From assembly GCF_000002075.1 (NCBI RefSeq), contig NW_004797357.1, positions 1,053,723 to 1,117,722 of the forward strand: 64,000 bases of DNA, written 5' to 3'. The DNA comes from Aplysia californica. Taxonomy: Eukaryota. The notes beneath the pieces were generated by a model. It was not told where the DNA came from and made no database searches. It saw nothing but the letters and a program-made list of their open reading frames with translations. Position 1 is the first letter of the stretch; every line of letters starts with the position of its first letter. This document shows positions 34,331 through 48,599 of the stretch, piece by piece. The position numbers and the translations under genes are program-made.

Positions 34331-37300
34331 CGAACTTCGAAGTCAAGTCGAAGGTCGAAAGAAATGAGGACGCAAGGTCATAGAGTAAAAAAGAAAAAAA
34401 AACCCCATAGAGTCTAGATCTAGGTCTAAATATCTGAGAGAAATGCGCTTTGATTTTATATATCAACATTATAAATTGAGTATATTCTGGATGGACAACA
34501 TATCAAGCAATTAATAATCATGAGGGGGGGGGTTCAATCGTCGACAAACCCCATGTCATAATGCTTTTTTCTAATTAATTATGCCACTGCGCTTTGCACA
34601 GTCTGCCCCACGGGCATGATATTAATTTCAATGTTTACTTCCCAAATATGTAGTACTAGTAAATTGATAGCCTTGTATCATACTCATCGTCAAAACGCTG
34701 TTAAAAGACGTTTATATGCCAAACAAGCAATATTTTTTCAGGAGAATATGAAGCACTTTTTTAATATTAAAATTGCATATTGTGGTAGTGTTTACAATTG
34801 TATGCGTGTTGTTATACATTTAAATTTCTAGTGAAAATAGTGTTATCATCACAACGATACATTTAAGTACTTTTTACAGAACCTACCTTTTGAGATTTTT
34901 GTTGTTGTTGTTTTTTGTTTTTTTTTGTGCAAAAGATGCTGTGCCACAGCTTGGCTCATTCAAAGATCCTTTAACTCTTTCACTTTATGCACGTCTATAC
35001 TAACAAGGTTTCACTCCAAGTTCAGGTGCTGCGTTGGGGGGGAATGTGTAATTGTCTGACAGCATATGCCAGCTGAATTGACGCTCTATATCAATAATTT
35101 TAATATATCAACAGACTACAATCGAAATTGTCTAAGACGGCCATCAATTGTCGGGGAGAAAAGTTGTTGTCTCAGACAGGTGGACTTCTTATTTACACTT
35201 ACACGTGTCATTTTAATGCAAAAACAGCAAAGGGGGGGGGGGGTTGGGAAGTGGTGTCGTTTATACAAGTTACTATCTTAATAACAATTTAAATGACCGC
35301 TAGAGCAAGTGCGACTATTATAATTAATCAATCAGAGCCTAGAGATTTTATTAAAATAATAAACTTTGCCCAAGGTTTTATGCTGTTTCCTGGGACACAG
35401 TCAAAGAAGTCACCACCATATTATAGTCATGTTGCCTTGACCCAATTCCAACACCTATTATAAGTCAACCTTCTTGACAATAAATTGTTATTGATTTTAC
35501 AACAGCTATTATAATTAATTATTCATTCCTTTCGTTTCAGTAGTGCCCTAGTCGTGCTTTAAGCGTGTATTGGAACACCTCAATCAAAGACATAATCATA
35601 ATAAAATTATTATTATCCTGAATGAGTATAGGAACTTCAGGTCAGTCTAAAAATACCATACGTCTAAAATCTTAATTAAAACCTAATTGTCATTTCTGGA
35701 TTTAAAACTTTCACCTTGAAGAAAACGATATAGGCCTAATATCAGACATCAGTTGGCTTCCGGAGAGATTCACAACAGAAACTGCACTTTTAAAAGAACA
35801 TAATGACATCTTATATATGTGGAAGCTGCCAAAGGTGTCCGTTCTTGCCTTGCTCGCTGTAAATGTAAGTGCTGCGTCTGACTCCATAAATCATTCAGGG
35901 NNNNNNNNNNNNNNNNNNNNNNNNNNNNNNNNNNNNNNNNNNNNNNNNNNNNNNNNNNNNNNNNNNNNNNNNNNNNNNNNNNNNNNNNNNNNNNNNNNNN
36001 NNNNNNNNNNNNNNNNNNNNNNNNNNNNNNNNNNNNNNNNNNNNNNNNNNNNNNNNNAGGCTAAAGCTTTGGTATGTCTGGGACTGTTCTTCAACGGTTT
36101 GAGTCCCACCTGTCTGATCGCACAAAGTTTGTTAATGGTGAAATGCCGTCCACTTTCAGCCTACCTTTTGTTGTGCTCCGGGAATCCGTGCTCAGATCAA
36201 TTTTGTTGACACTATTTTATTATACTTATACTTGACGTATTCTCGAAACATCTTGGTTCAGTAATATGGAGGCGTGATGACCACATGTCGTAGGCGGACA
36301 ACACTCAATTGTACAAATTTATTTTACCTACAAATTACTATTGTCAAATACCAGCATGGAAAAAATACAATGTTGGCGTAAAGATTTGGATGATATCAAT
36401 TAGGTTCATGGTAAGACCGATAAGTCATATTCCACAATACCAAACCAGGGATATTGTCATACAATGTTGATCATAATAATAATAATGTATGAGATATTAT
36501 CTCCACTGAGTAAGAGAACATCTTTTTCACAGAATCTTATGTAGGACTTTATTTTGACAGGAAACTATGCACCATTATGTGAACCATGAAAAGCAATAAT
36601 TTATTTTGAAACTCGCATTAATTTATTTTGAAACTCGCATAACGGGACAAACGTCAAACTTAACTGAGTGTCAATGCCTTTAAAACCCCCATCTTCTCTA
36701 TGTACGTTCATGCCTAGACTATGGCGATTCTCTTTATTTTGGAAACGATGAACAGATTACAGATACTCCAGAATTAATTTGAGCGCGTACTTCTATTTTT
36801 TTAACTACTTAAGGGCATAAGGTATAACACTCAAGGTTGGGTTGATCAAACGGCACTGGCTCCATGTCAAACACGTATTCTGTAAAAGACAGCTGCCCAA
36901 TGTGTCAGTCAACAGCATTGCATCACAAAAAAACCCACTAAGAACAAAGAAATAAAGATACAAAAGAAGTTACTTCCTATCTGGAATAAGGTTGCTGTCG
37001 AAATAAACAACAATGTGTTTCGCTGTTGATTTTTAAAAACCAAACTTATTATCATTGCAATTGCAATCAATATAATTCTTATGTTCTGATATAAATTCCT
37101 AGGCCTATATGTGGTTGAAAGATTCATCTCGGTTGATATGTATTATTGTCAGCTTTATTTATCCCTTGATATTGAATGTTTATGAAAGTGATAAGCCTAG
37201 GTGTATAGTATACATTTTGAAATAAAATAGCCTATGTAGATCTATATAGGCCTATGTGTACCGTTCATGTACAGCCAAGGAAAATTTCACATTAAAACTA

Positions 37301-38762
37301 TAAAACATCATCTTATCTTATCTTTGGAAAATGGCTGGCCATCGAATACATACCGCCTCTGCTTTACAGGTCAGCCAAGAACAGACAATTAAAACCTGTC
37401 CAGAATAAAACTCCGAGACCTGGAGGGAGAGCTTTTCCACACCACGCCTCCTCCCTGTGGAACGCATTATCAGCACATTACGGAAGTCGACCACATAATC
37501 AAAATTCAAATTAGGCATATCGCTATAAAAACGCATTTTGTTTCTGGCTAGCTTTAATGTGTAATAGTAATGACCGACATTCCCAATACACATTATGTTC
37601 TTTTTGTATAGATTTTTTTTCATGGTGTTCTGTAACAAGTGGCTCATGTGTGTCCACAGTCCACATGGATGTGTTCGTGGGTTTGTGTGCAAGTATGTGA
37701 AGTATTGTGTGGGACTGTCTNNNNNNNNNNNNNNNNNNNNNNNNNNNNNNNNNNNNNNNNNNNNNNNNNNNNNNNNNNNNNNNNNNNNNNNNNNNNNNNN
37801 NNNNNNNNNNNNNNNNNNNNNNNNNNNNNNNNNNNNNNNNNNNNNNNNNNNNNNNNNNNNNNNNNNNNNNNNNNNNNNNNNNNNNNNNNNNNNNNNNNNN
37901 NNNNNNNNTGAACCGTATGGTACATGACTGTGTTCTTTGTATTATTGTACTTTCGCAGTGGAAATACGCTATCTAGATCTAGATGCAATTTATGTGCATG
38001 ACTATTAAATCTAGATCTACCATAGAGTTACCCCCTTTTAAACCTATAGTGTACATCTATGAGATCTACTGATTATACATTATGAGATTTACTTGTAATA
38101 CCAACTGACACCAGTGACAACGCGCTTCATTGTCATTGTTGGTGTGTATCACGTGATATGAATACGTACGAGGGACCGTATGATACTACAAGTCTTTTAC
38201 TTCATGTACAAAACGTGTCACTGTTTGTTGGTTGGGGGGGGGGGTGCCTTTTCCTATTGTGATTCAAAATCGTAATAAAGGGTGTGGAAGAGAATGCACT
38301 TCCATGAATTTAAGGATAAAGTGGATTGTGCACTGCTTTCTCTTCGATCTAATTTTCTTTTAAATCGTGCTAAATAGATCTAGATCTAGTCGTATTGCTT
38401 CGGTGTATAGAAATACTGCCTTGCAGTAAGCTGCCATTTAGCAAGAGTTCCAGGTATCGACATAGTCCTACTAGACTTCTAATCTATTCAACATTCCAAC
38501 AACGGTGTTTTAGCTGAGTTTCAAGGCAACCTTACGAAACTCTTGGCCTAACTCGGACCTGTCGCAAAAAACATGAGCCACGCCGAAGCCGGACAAAATC
38601 CCGAATAAATAGATTTAGCCCACAATTGATTTTACTCCCGAAGATGACAGTTGAATTTGATTTCCTTTTGTTACCTATACAAACGAGTGACTTGAGGTAT
38701 CTTAAATTGTTTGGGGTCCAGTCCTGCTAGAGACAAAGGAGGATTTGAAGAACCGAACAGTT

Positions 38763-39027
38763 TTGGTAAAAGTAAAGTTGTTCCCACTTCCGATCCGGAC
38801 TTTGGGGATTGCCATGTTAGTGAGACAACTTCGTGGGCCTTCGGCATAATATTGTGCTAGGTTGGCCAGTTCCTTTCCACGCCGCATTTACTTCCCCAAC
38901 TCGAAGTCAGGTACCCATTACTGCTGGGTGGGCAGGAGGGGGTGAAAAAAAATCTGTGCCCGAACCGAGGGTCGAACCCGGACTTTCCGCTAGGGAGACG
39001 AGCGCACTAACTGCTCCGCCACCGCAC
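38763..39027 (-). mobile_element. tRNA-derived SINE with conserved central domain and CTTTAC-like tail
   Basis: - strand: GGTGGCGGAGCAGTTAGTGCGCTCG (A box) ... GGGTTCGACCCTCGG (B box) ... CCCACCCAGCAGTAATGGGTACCTG ... tail AACTTTACTTTTACC. Confidence 0.8.
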
Positions 39028-40277
39028 AGTTAAGTATTGGTTTGGCTATTGGCTTTGAAATGCCTGAGGTGATACGCGTAAACTGCTAATTCATCACCCT
39101 CAAAGAACTATTTTTTTAAAAAGTACGTTCCCAGAAATTAGAGCTGTAATGACGATTTTTTTTTTTTCAAACGAAATTTTTCCAAAATTTATGTCATAAG
39201 TCTTTAATAATATCATTATCTAAACTTCTCCCAAGTTTATTTGCAAGAATTTTGAAAAGCGACGGCGAAGAAGATTTCCAGAAAGAATAATTTAAAGCAT
39301 TGTATAGAAGGGTTATGAAAGTAGGCCACCAAAACACAGATTATATTATGTTTACAGTCCAACTCTGCTCTGACTGCTCTGACGATCGCCTGTCTATGAA
39401 ACCATCGACACAAAACACGTGTTCCCTGAATGATAATAGTTTATACAGGTTCAACGGTATGACCGTGCTCAGTGGAGTTCATCGTTTGTAGGATTCGTAA
39501 CGAGATAACTGATAATTGTTACCAAGTTATTATAGACTATAATACTAATAGTCTACAACACATTGAGAATGCATGTGTGAGTGTGTTTGTGTGAGTCGGT
39601 CTTTGCGTTTGGGGTTGTTTTCTTGTTGTGATAATCTTGGATAATAGTAAGATGATGATATTGGTATTGGTAAACTTGTACTTCTTTTTCCCTTTTTCGC
39701 TGTTGCTGTTTGTTGGTTTGTCGATAGGCTTGTATTATGTATCCATCCTTCTCACTCTCATGNNNNNNNNNNNNNNNNNNNNNNNNNNNNNNNNNNNNNN
39801 NNNNNNNNNNNNNNNNNNNNNNNNNNNNNNNNNNNNNNNNNNNNNNNNNNNNNNNNNNNNNNNNNNNNNNNNNNNNNNNNNNNNNNNNNNNNNNNNNNNN
39901 NNNNNNNNNNNNNNNNNNNNNNNNNNNNNNNNNNNNNNNNNNNNNNNNNNNNNNNNNNNNNNNNNNNNNNNNNNNNNNNNNNNNNNNNNNNNNNNATAGC
40001 CGCTATCTTTTATCCCTGAACAGACCTCCAGTATGACGCATTGTTGTACATGTTACCAGCTGACCTCAAGAACAAGGGACTAACAACACTACCGTAAGTC
40101 ATTCGCAATGATTGAGAATTCGCCAGACACTGTTAGCGGCTAATTACCGTCATGTCGATAGGGTGATCAAAATTGGCTTTGGGTTCGAGTGAAAAACGTT
40201 TGCGGTCAATTTCTCTAGCCGGACCGGAGCGAGAAAAAACGACACAATTGGCACATTTTTTACGTCTTCTGCAGACT

Positions 40278-40278
<1 letters not shown>

Positions 40279-40350
<72 letters not shown>
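40279..40350. repeat. (GT)n microsatellite
   Basis: Perfect run. Confidence 0.98.
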
Positions 40351-40352
<2 letters not shown>

Positions 40353-41589
40353 CGGGAGGGGGGGTCTTTAGTTTTTCGCACGTTTATTTGAAAACACAAT
40401 CCGGAACTAACGCTGCACGTGTGTAGGAGGTCAATCGAGTGCGGGGATAGGCAGACAGGAGGAAAGGGCAGACATTGCTGTTTATTTTGTTTTAGTTTTG
40501 GTCTAGTTTTGTGTAACCTAAGAAATTCGGTAACACTATGGCGATCTACCCTCTCCACCGTAGCCCTGCTTCTTAAATAGCAATGAGTCTCAGATTAAAG
40601 GCCTAACTGGGCGGCCAAAATATGATACGACCTTAGTGAAAGAACGATCACTAGTGATATAGGTCATCTATTACTGCAGTTTTCTTCGCAAACTAATAAT
40701 AGAAAAGTAATTAATGTTCTGCGTAAACCTCTAATGATACTTCACATGACATGAATCGTTAATACAGCAATCATGGATGCCATAAATGATTTTTGAAAAA
40801 AAAAACCAACTGAAGATGAGCGGAGAATCACATCTCACCTAAAACAAACCTTGTAAAGTTTTTAAATGAGCACACAAAAAACATCTCTCTTACCTCTCCC
40901 CTTTCCTGTGCAAGGGTATGGGGACTTTGTTTCACCAATTCCAGTTATATTATATCTGTCTCGAGAAGAAGGACCTTATGTCAGTGGCCTTGTTCTTCAG
41001 GGATGCCAAATGATTTTTGAACCCCCCCCCCCCACCCGAAAAAGCCTGAAAAACTTGAGATTTGGCATCCCTGTGCAATGTACTCGTACTTGTATCTTGA
41101 ACATTAGGTCAATGTCCTAGGCAACTGAGTGTTTACAAGGCCTTTTCGGGACGCGTCCACTCGCCGACATACGTGATGAACCTGCCTACAGACGAGGATG
41201 GTCTTATTGTGTAACCCAGCTTGTCTTCACGAAAAGAATGCTCTAATGTCTTTCTCCCCTGCCGAGATTGTGCATTTTGACATTCAGATTCCGAGCAGTC
41301 CAATCTCTCCAGAAGACTGGCCCCGTAGTAGGACTGCCACTGATATCACGTTTTTCATTTTATCTCACATCTTGACCTTCGTTGTGATAGTGATACATGC
41401 AGGCTACCCTTTTCCACGCAGTCTTATATAATGGGGTTGGCGTCCGCTACTACAGTTCAAGGACTACATTAAGACAAATTGAAATTACCCAGTACGGGCG
41501 GGCAGTTGACTATGAATTGACTAAAGGCCAATTTTCATAATCTCCAGTGGTGGGTTCCAATTATCTGTTGTCTCGTCTTTTTCAAAATG

Positions 41590-41818
41590 CATAAATGCGG
41601 GTGTTTTTACACCCCCATCGACCGAATTTAAAACATTTAGGGGGCGGGCTTCAGCCTTGTCTATCAGGGCCGACCTGGACTGAGGGATTTAACATCCCAG
41701 CAGAAAGACCGAGACACTCGACAAAAATTCTCCCAACTCGGGAATCTAACTCAAAATATAATATGTTTTCTGCATGTGACAGTGGAACGCCTAACCGATA
41801 CACTATAGTCGCCGGTGC
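41590..41818 (-). mobile_element. Degenerate tRNA-derived SINE
   Basis: - strand begins CCGGCGACTATAGTGTATCGGTTAGGCGTTCCACTGTCAC, with B-box-like GAGTTAGATTCCCGAG. Confidence 0.45.
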
Positions 41819-41844
41819 TTACAAACTTGCAAAAGACCAACATT

Positions 41845-42560
41845 TTGTTTGTTTGGTAAGGTTTTTAGTTTTAGTAAGTGTTTTACGGCACTTGCAACAC
41901 ACTAAGGTCATATAAGTGCCGAAGAGTGGAGGTGTTAAGAGAGTAACAAATACAAAAAGAAGGGGAGATAAGGACGATAGATGTTTTATGGGAAAGAAGA
42001 AGCAAACCACACCAGAGCACCCGCCAACCACCCAAGGAAAGGTTTTCCGGCGATCGCAAGAGCATAAGGTCATATAATGAGCGCCAAGGGGTGGATGTCA
42101 ACTGAGAAGTCTAAATGGGGAATCAGGCTTACTCTGCTCACCTCTCTAGCCTAAACAACACAAAGTCTGCTTTGACTTTCAAGGCACCCCAGAAATAGTC
42201 CACAAGAGAGTTACAAACATACAAAAGAAGCAGAGGAAATGACGATAGTAAGGATGAGGAAAAAAAAGCAGACCAACATTTGGATCCAAGTGGTGGGTTC
42301 CAAATTTTCTGTGGTCTTTTGTTCGTTGACCACTGAGCTGTACTGGAGTAAGCACAAAGAGAGATGACAACGGCCTTATTGTCCAAAAATCGGATTTGTT
42401 TCTTTGTTTGTTTGAGTAAAGAGAAGCACATTGACACAATAATAGTCATTTAGTACTGAGAAAAAGTAAGACAGACAGAAAATGAAACAACAGAGGGAAA
42501 ATGAAGAAGGACCTACCAACGGCGCCCTCCAACAACCCACCCAAAATCAGATGAGGACAA
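41845..42560 (-). mobile_element. Interspersed retroposon 3'-end family (longest copy)
   Basis: Same module as 9424/59470/59815, plus a second module (AGACAGACAG...CAACAGAGGGAAA...GGACCTACC..GGCGCCCTC) also seen at ~20880, ~21050, ~55560 and ~60120. Confidence 0.75.
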
Positions 42561-45500
42561 GGGTACATGTAATGGGAAAATGGAAAAAGGAAAAAAAGGA
42601 GGGGACTATGCTAGCAGCTCCCGCCTACTAACCCATCGGAGGGTCTGGTGATCTGCCTTACGATGTCCTACTCAGAATGTGCATTTTCATTATAATAAAA
42701 TTTACAGAGATTTTGTGTTTATGTAACTCCAAGAACATTTCATGATATTTAACTTTCATATAGTAAGTAAGTGTGTATGGGTTTAACACCTCTATCAACA
42801 CTATTAGGTTATATGAGAGGAGCGGCCTCCATATTTGATATCTGTCTCCTATAGGATTCATTTTCTTTGCTGATATTATAACACATTTGATACTATTTTA
42901 AAGGAGTGGAATATTTTTATAAAAAGAGTTGGAGCAAAGGGTGTCCTAAAAAACCTATTCAAGAAGATAAAATGCTTTTTCAGTTCAGGTGACAATACAT
43001 TATTACCAATGCAATTTTTGAGTGAGAGAACAAGCTTTTTAACATTTGCAGAAAAAACACAGTAAAAACAACACATGGATGAAATATAAAATGGTCAAGA
43101 AAAGTAAAAAGAATGGACAAAAACACCACACGAAACAAGCTTGTTATAGAATTTCATTAAATTTTATTTTCAGAATAGAAATTGCTGTGCACTGTTTCAA
43201 CACTAAGGTGTTCACCTCGTACTCAACAAAGCTGAAATTTGCCACTGAAGTCCAGTGTCAGAAACTTCCTCCATCAAATCCCGAGATGAAACAATCATGA
43301 TTTTAGCCAGTTATATTTGTCCCCCCCTCTCCCCTAAAACTTTCACCTAATACAACCACCCTCTGCACAGCTTCTACATGGCTGTCCAGGGCTCCACACT
43401 GACGCCAGACCAGTTCACTTTTTCCATATTTTGAAACATCCGTCATTAGCGTGAAACAACACATCTCCTCAAAGTAATAATTCTCACACTTGACAAAGTG
43501 CCAGGTTTTTCTTCCCCAACCAACAGGCTCAAGAGTGGAAGGCGTTGTGATGAAATGAGAAACATGATAAATGACAAGTCCATTTTTCCATCTTTGCATA
43601 AGCTTAGTACAAAACCAGGATTCTTATCCGAAACGAGAAAAAAAACCCCAGCAACCCCCAAGGGCAATGCCATAACACTCATGGAATGATGTCCACATAA
43701 AATGTTGTAGACATTTAGTTTCACATAATATCCACTTGGTACTTCATGCCATACCAAAACTTTCTACCATTTCTTAACTCCAAGCGCAACAATCATTTTC
43801 ACTTTCAAAACATTTCTTAGGAAATTACAACCAAAAGTAAAAAGGAAAACACGAAACAGAGAACATCTAAACCATGAATCTGAAGGCTTGAGGGGGAGGG
43901 AACCGACTGAGTCAGAAATCGACTGAGCAGACAGGGTTATTAAGTGTATAAAAGAAAGATAGAACTTTAATATTAACTTCATCTTTAAAGGTGATGAAAA
44001 AAGCACCCAACTAAAGTAGACTGAAAACTGCTGCAAACTTGGCCCCAATAAAAAAGGGATACCCTACGAAACCCCTGGGAAAATACTATCTGGAATATCA
44101 AGTATTAAGGCTGTTGTAAATTTCACAGAAAAAAAAAATCAAAAAAATCCCACACTCATTTTTTGAAGTACAAAGTAACCATTTAAATGTAGTGCCAAAC
44201 AAAAAAAAAGGTTCCTATATCAACAAAATCATTTAAACAAACAAAACTATAAAACTTCAACAGGATATGATGCAGTTAATGAGGAAAGTACAGGTCTCTT
44301 CATCTTCCTCTAGCAAAGGGGACTAAAAGTAAAGGTTTAACCACCAGCATTTCAGAGGTCAAACCATTACTTTTACCAAGTCAGATGGTAAATAAAGTGT
44401 CACGACAGTAAAAAAAACCCAAACCCACAGGGGATTAATATTGAGCAGAGTAGCAAATTTTCTTCAAAATTACTTTCACCTATTACCAAGAGTGATGTTT
44501 TTTCACACTAGAGAAAAAAAAATGAACTCCAACAACTAGCAGTTAAAAGGCAGCTTTGTTCACAAGGAGGGCCTTGAGAGAAAATGGGTTTAATCGAGCC
44601 AGCAGAGTCTCAATTTCCCCATAAGCGGCAAAACAATTTTCTGGAAAAAAACCCAAAACAATAACCAACCAAACACCTTTTACAGTAACACAATATGCTC
44701 TTTATCATGATAATGGTGACACACATTCAACCATTTTGATTGATCTATCGACATTCCACTGGATGCAGTGAGGACTTAACCACACTAAAGGGCTTGCTCT
44801 ATAATATATACATGCATGTTTTCCTGTGTGACACAAGTGCACAGTTTTTTCTATGCTTTCATCTTCACAACCTGCCAAGAGGCAATGCCTAACCACATTT
44901 ATCACACGCACGACAAAAACTTTTTTCATCTTGGCACTGGCAAACTCTAAACATCAATCACAAGACAAAGACAATAACAATGTACTCTAATTAACAGAAG
45001 TTAACGTAACATAAAATTTGTAAAAAAAAACCAAAAGAAGTGAGCATGTGTAATCCAGAGAGGAAATACAATTTGTAATCATTTACTGTGTCAGACGAGG
45101 TGGATATGATAAAAACTTGTCCACATAAAAAGCAAGGTTTATAGCATATTTGCTCTGCTTGAAAAAGCTTGACAATTGCCTAAAACCTCCCTAATAAATA
45201 AGAAATAAACCTCATTGCTATATTATCCTACTGTTAGATATAAATTAACTAGGTGGTTTACAGGTGAGAAAGGTATGTTAGCCACAATCAAATTATATAT
45301 ATCTGATGTTTAGAGGTCAGCTTGAACATTCAAGACCACGCCTTTAAACTCACACTGCTTATGTATAGAACTATTCACATCGTATGACGTTTGAAAAACT
45401 ACGGTACATGATAGGATTGTGCCGGGCCCATAAATACAACACACAGCATTGAGTTATATTATGTCAAGGACACAAATCCTGTAGAATGATCCTGATCATA

Positions 45501-46443
45501 AGAGTACAAGTGGTGGTGCGTCTCTGATTAGTTGGAATATTACAGGCTCTCACAATACACTTGTCAATAACATTGAAATTGTAAATAAAAACAGAAATCC
45601 ACCAGCATTAAATACATTTCAGACACATACTGGAAAACAATAATAAGAAAACAGTAAAGATATGTTTACATAAATTATACCAAAAACAACAATAAGACAA
45701 GCACATAGTTTATAGACTGAGTAAAGTCTGAAATCTCAAAATATATGGACCTGAATTCATTTGGCAACACAAGAGCTGTTCTATAAAGTGATAATTGAGG
45801 ATCCAGTGTCCATTTCAGTGCGCATACTCAAGTCCAAGTCAGACGTTGCAGAATATTATCTGGCACACAAAGTGAACTGGGCCAAGAGAGCAGTACTTCA
45901 TTTCTTTGAATTTCAGAAAGGAGAGAAGAGTGGAGTATTCTAATCTTCACTCAATGTAGACACGAGAGACAGACAAAATCAAAGGCAAAACAAAGATTGA
46001 ATAATAAAAGGTTACACATATCAACATGTCCTCTGGTTGTAGCAACTTGAGCCGGCACAACAAACTTTTGAATAAGAAACTAAAAATTCAAATTCACACT
46101 CACATCACACCCACACGTAGAATCATCGATTAATAAATACATTTATCTGTGTTGACAACACTGGAATCAAGACATGTTCCCTGCATTTGATATTGGACAA
46201 TTGGTAACTAGCATTTATCGTGAGTACGTGAGTACAGTTATAACCTTCCTCCACACATTGGTCTTCCAACAACACGTCTGCTGTTGTTAATTCTATTACA
46301 TCAGGTCGAGAGCTTGTAGAAATTCTTTTCGCAGGGATTCTCGTCTACCATGTCCTTCACACAATACAGTGTTCACGATAAAACAAGTGTTTACCTCTTC
46401 CCCTCCCGACAAAAAATAAGAAACAATTCATGCAGATATAAGC

Positions 46444-46602
46444 TCAAGACTTTGCACTTGCTGCCGCGTTCAGTTTTTCGTACATGTCAGCAATTTCCTT
46501 GGTAAAATTCTTGTGTGCATCAGAACGTTTCAATTTGAAAGTTGGGGTGAGCATGCCATTCTCCACTGAGAACAACTCAGGATGAACGTAGATATCCTTG
46601 AC
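46444..46602 (-). CDS. ACSL1: Long-chain fatty acid-CoA ligase (ACSL1/5/6 group), last coding exon
   Basis: VKDIYVHPELFSVENGMLTPTFKLKRSDAHKNFTKEIADMYEKLNAAASAKS*; ENG.LTPT.KLKR C-terminal motif. Confidence 0.95.
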   Translation of the reverse strand, partial: VKDIYVHPELFSVENGMLTPTFKLKRSDAHKNFTKEIADMYEKLNAAASAKS

Positions 46603-47392
46603 CTAAATGAACAAAGAGAAAAAATAAAAAAAACGTTATTGTTGCGATCGACTGAGAAGCAGTTGAGCCTTCTCTTTTCATCTCTACCCCTTTTAGCAGA
46701 ACGAAAATGTCCATCTCAATATTGTGTTCACCCTGGGGTTTGCAATGCTGACAAGAGCAACTCTACAAAATTATCACTAAAAACAAGTTCAATTTGTGAG
46801 AAGTAAGGGTTTTACAGCCCTTATAACACAAACAGGTAACACAGCTGCTGAGGTTACGAGGTGTAACCAGAGAGACATACAAAGAACATACAAAGAAAAG
46901 AAGGATGAAAGGTAGGGACAGTCAACTACCCATGCGTAATCTTGAAACTTTTCAACTCCTTTGGGGAATTTGACTAATCAGAAACTAACCATTACATGCC
47001 TCTGTTCCTACACAGCAAAAACCCATACATAGCTGGATCAGTCAAAGAATAGGGTCTGGTAATGTCAACAGAATAAGAGCACAATCAGAGATTTTATAGT
47101 TAAGAACAGGTTTTTTTCCCCATAGTTATTGTATTTACTCTTAGCCATTAGCAATAACAAAACATTTCCTCCACCTGGCCATCCGGGTCCAAATTCACTG
47201 TTGTGTTTAAAACAGATGTAAAAACCCCCCAGAATACATCATATTCCAGCTTGGTGTTCACAACCAGATCTGTGCAATAGAGGATTGGCATTAAATGGAT
47301 GAAGCATTTGCCATTTTTAATGATAGAATGTCTCCGTCCTTGAAAAACTAATTAGTACAGTGTAATTTTTAAAAAGATTATTATAAACCCAC

Positions 47393-47464
47393 CTGCTCAA
47401 GCGAAGACAAGCCATTCTTCTTGGACAAATCTATCAGATCTTTAAAGATGGCCTTTTTCACCTC
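47393..47464 (-). CDS. ACSL1: ACSL exon
   Basis: EVKKAIFKDLIDLSKKNGLSSLEQ; 72 nt, phase 0/0. Confidence 0.9.
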
Positions 47465-48331
47465 CTGTAAGAAAAATTGTCATGCAATATTAATAAACAT
47501 ATTTTAAGAAATGATGAAAACTTAGGTTACGCATGATATCAATCATGATTTGTTGATTAGAACCCTAAATCACAGGAAAATCTATCTGAACGGGACATAA
47601 TTGCAATCCACAGGCATTTTAATCCTTTTACAAACATGAAGACAAAAGACACGAATAAAAATTATGCCTTAATAACTGAACTTTCATTACCCTACTCCAG
47701 TCACAAATAATACAAACTAGTTCACCCCCCCCCCCCATATATATTTGCTGCGACCTGAAATGGTCATTTTTAAAAGAACTTTTTAGTTCTGTTTCGCTAT
47801 AGATCCAAACTGACGGATCTTCTCTATTCACGATGCCAAAGGTCTTGAGGGCACCTAAGCATTGTCTCCATGCCGTGTGCAGAACTTAAGAAATGTCAGG
47901 GATGGTGAGTTTGTGGAGAGGTAATGTTCAATACAAAAAGCTCTCTGCTCTTTACTAAATGTAGCCATGATCTCAGCAGGCAAACAAAATTTGGGAAAAA
48001 TAATATCTGCAGACTTCTGTTGAGTTGTTAGACTGCTGTACCTTGCAATAGGACACGTTTTTGCAACTTTTAAAAGGTAGGCCTAATGCAAACTGGTGCG
48101 TCATGCTATGAAAATGGCGACAAGTATCTTTTGGCTTCCAAACATTATGTTCAAATCTGAAACTCAAAACTTCAGTATGGAGGAAGATATTTACAAAACA
48201 AGTTGTAAAGTTTTTTTTGGATCACCCTGTACATATGCAGGAGCAGGTCAGTTTTGGTGGCTATAATTAATCTTTGCCATTTATTCCCTGAAGGTCGACT
48301 GATTAGTTACTGAACGCAAAGGTAAGCCATT

Positions 48332-48578
48332 ACACCCAGAGCACACGACCAGTCAATTCAGTTTGATCGAGTCAAGGCCCGCCAGATTTTCCTCCATAGA
48401 GGGACAAAAGCTGCCATTTGGTCACAATTTGATTAAATCTTTCAAAATCAAACAAGGTTGTTTTTGGAAGATTTGTTCAAACTGTCCCAAAATGGCAGAT
48501 TTTGCCCCTCTACAAAGGAAAATCCTGGCTAGCCCTGACTGAATCAAATGTATCAAATGGGCAAGGTGCTCTGGGTGT
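48332..48578. mobile_element. Fold-back (fully palindromic) MITE
   Basis: The left arm ACACCCAGAGCAC...CCAGATTTTCCT...AGAGGGACAAAAGCTGCCATTT...AAATCTTC pairs with the right arm over ~120 bp. Confidence 0.8.
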
Positions 48579-48599
48579 TTGTCAAAGGAGGGTGTTTAC

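Noticed and set aside
34318-34362. TTCGAA-rich stretch as a heat-shock element
   Set aside because: Spacing is TTC-GAA or GAA-N-TTC, not the nGAAnnTTCn pentamer phase.
38950-39027. tRNA gene (also 57240-57327)
   Set aside because: A/B boxes are present, but there is no closed cloverleaf and both continue into SINE body and tail.
10500-46443. Iron-responsive elements (C-N5-CAGUGN-N5) in the UTRs of the two - strand genes
   Set aside because: The CAGTG sites I checked by eye lacked the bulged C plus 5-bp upper stem. A SIREs or Infernal scan would be decisive.
46444-46460. Peroxisomal PTS1 at the ACSL C-terminus (AKS)
   Set aside because: The last residue is Ser, not Leu/Met, and there is no readthrough motif after the TGA.
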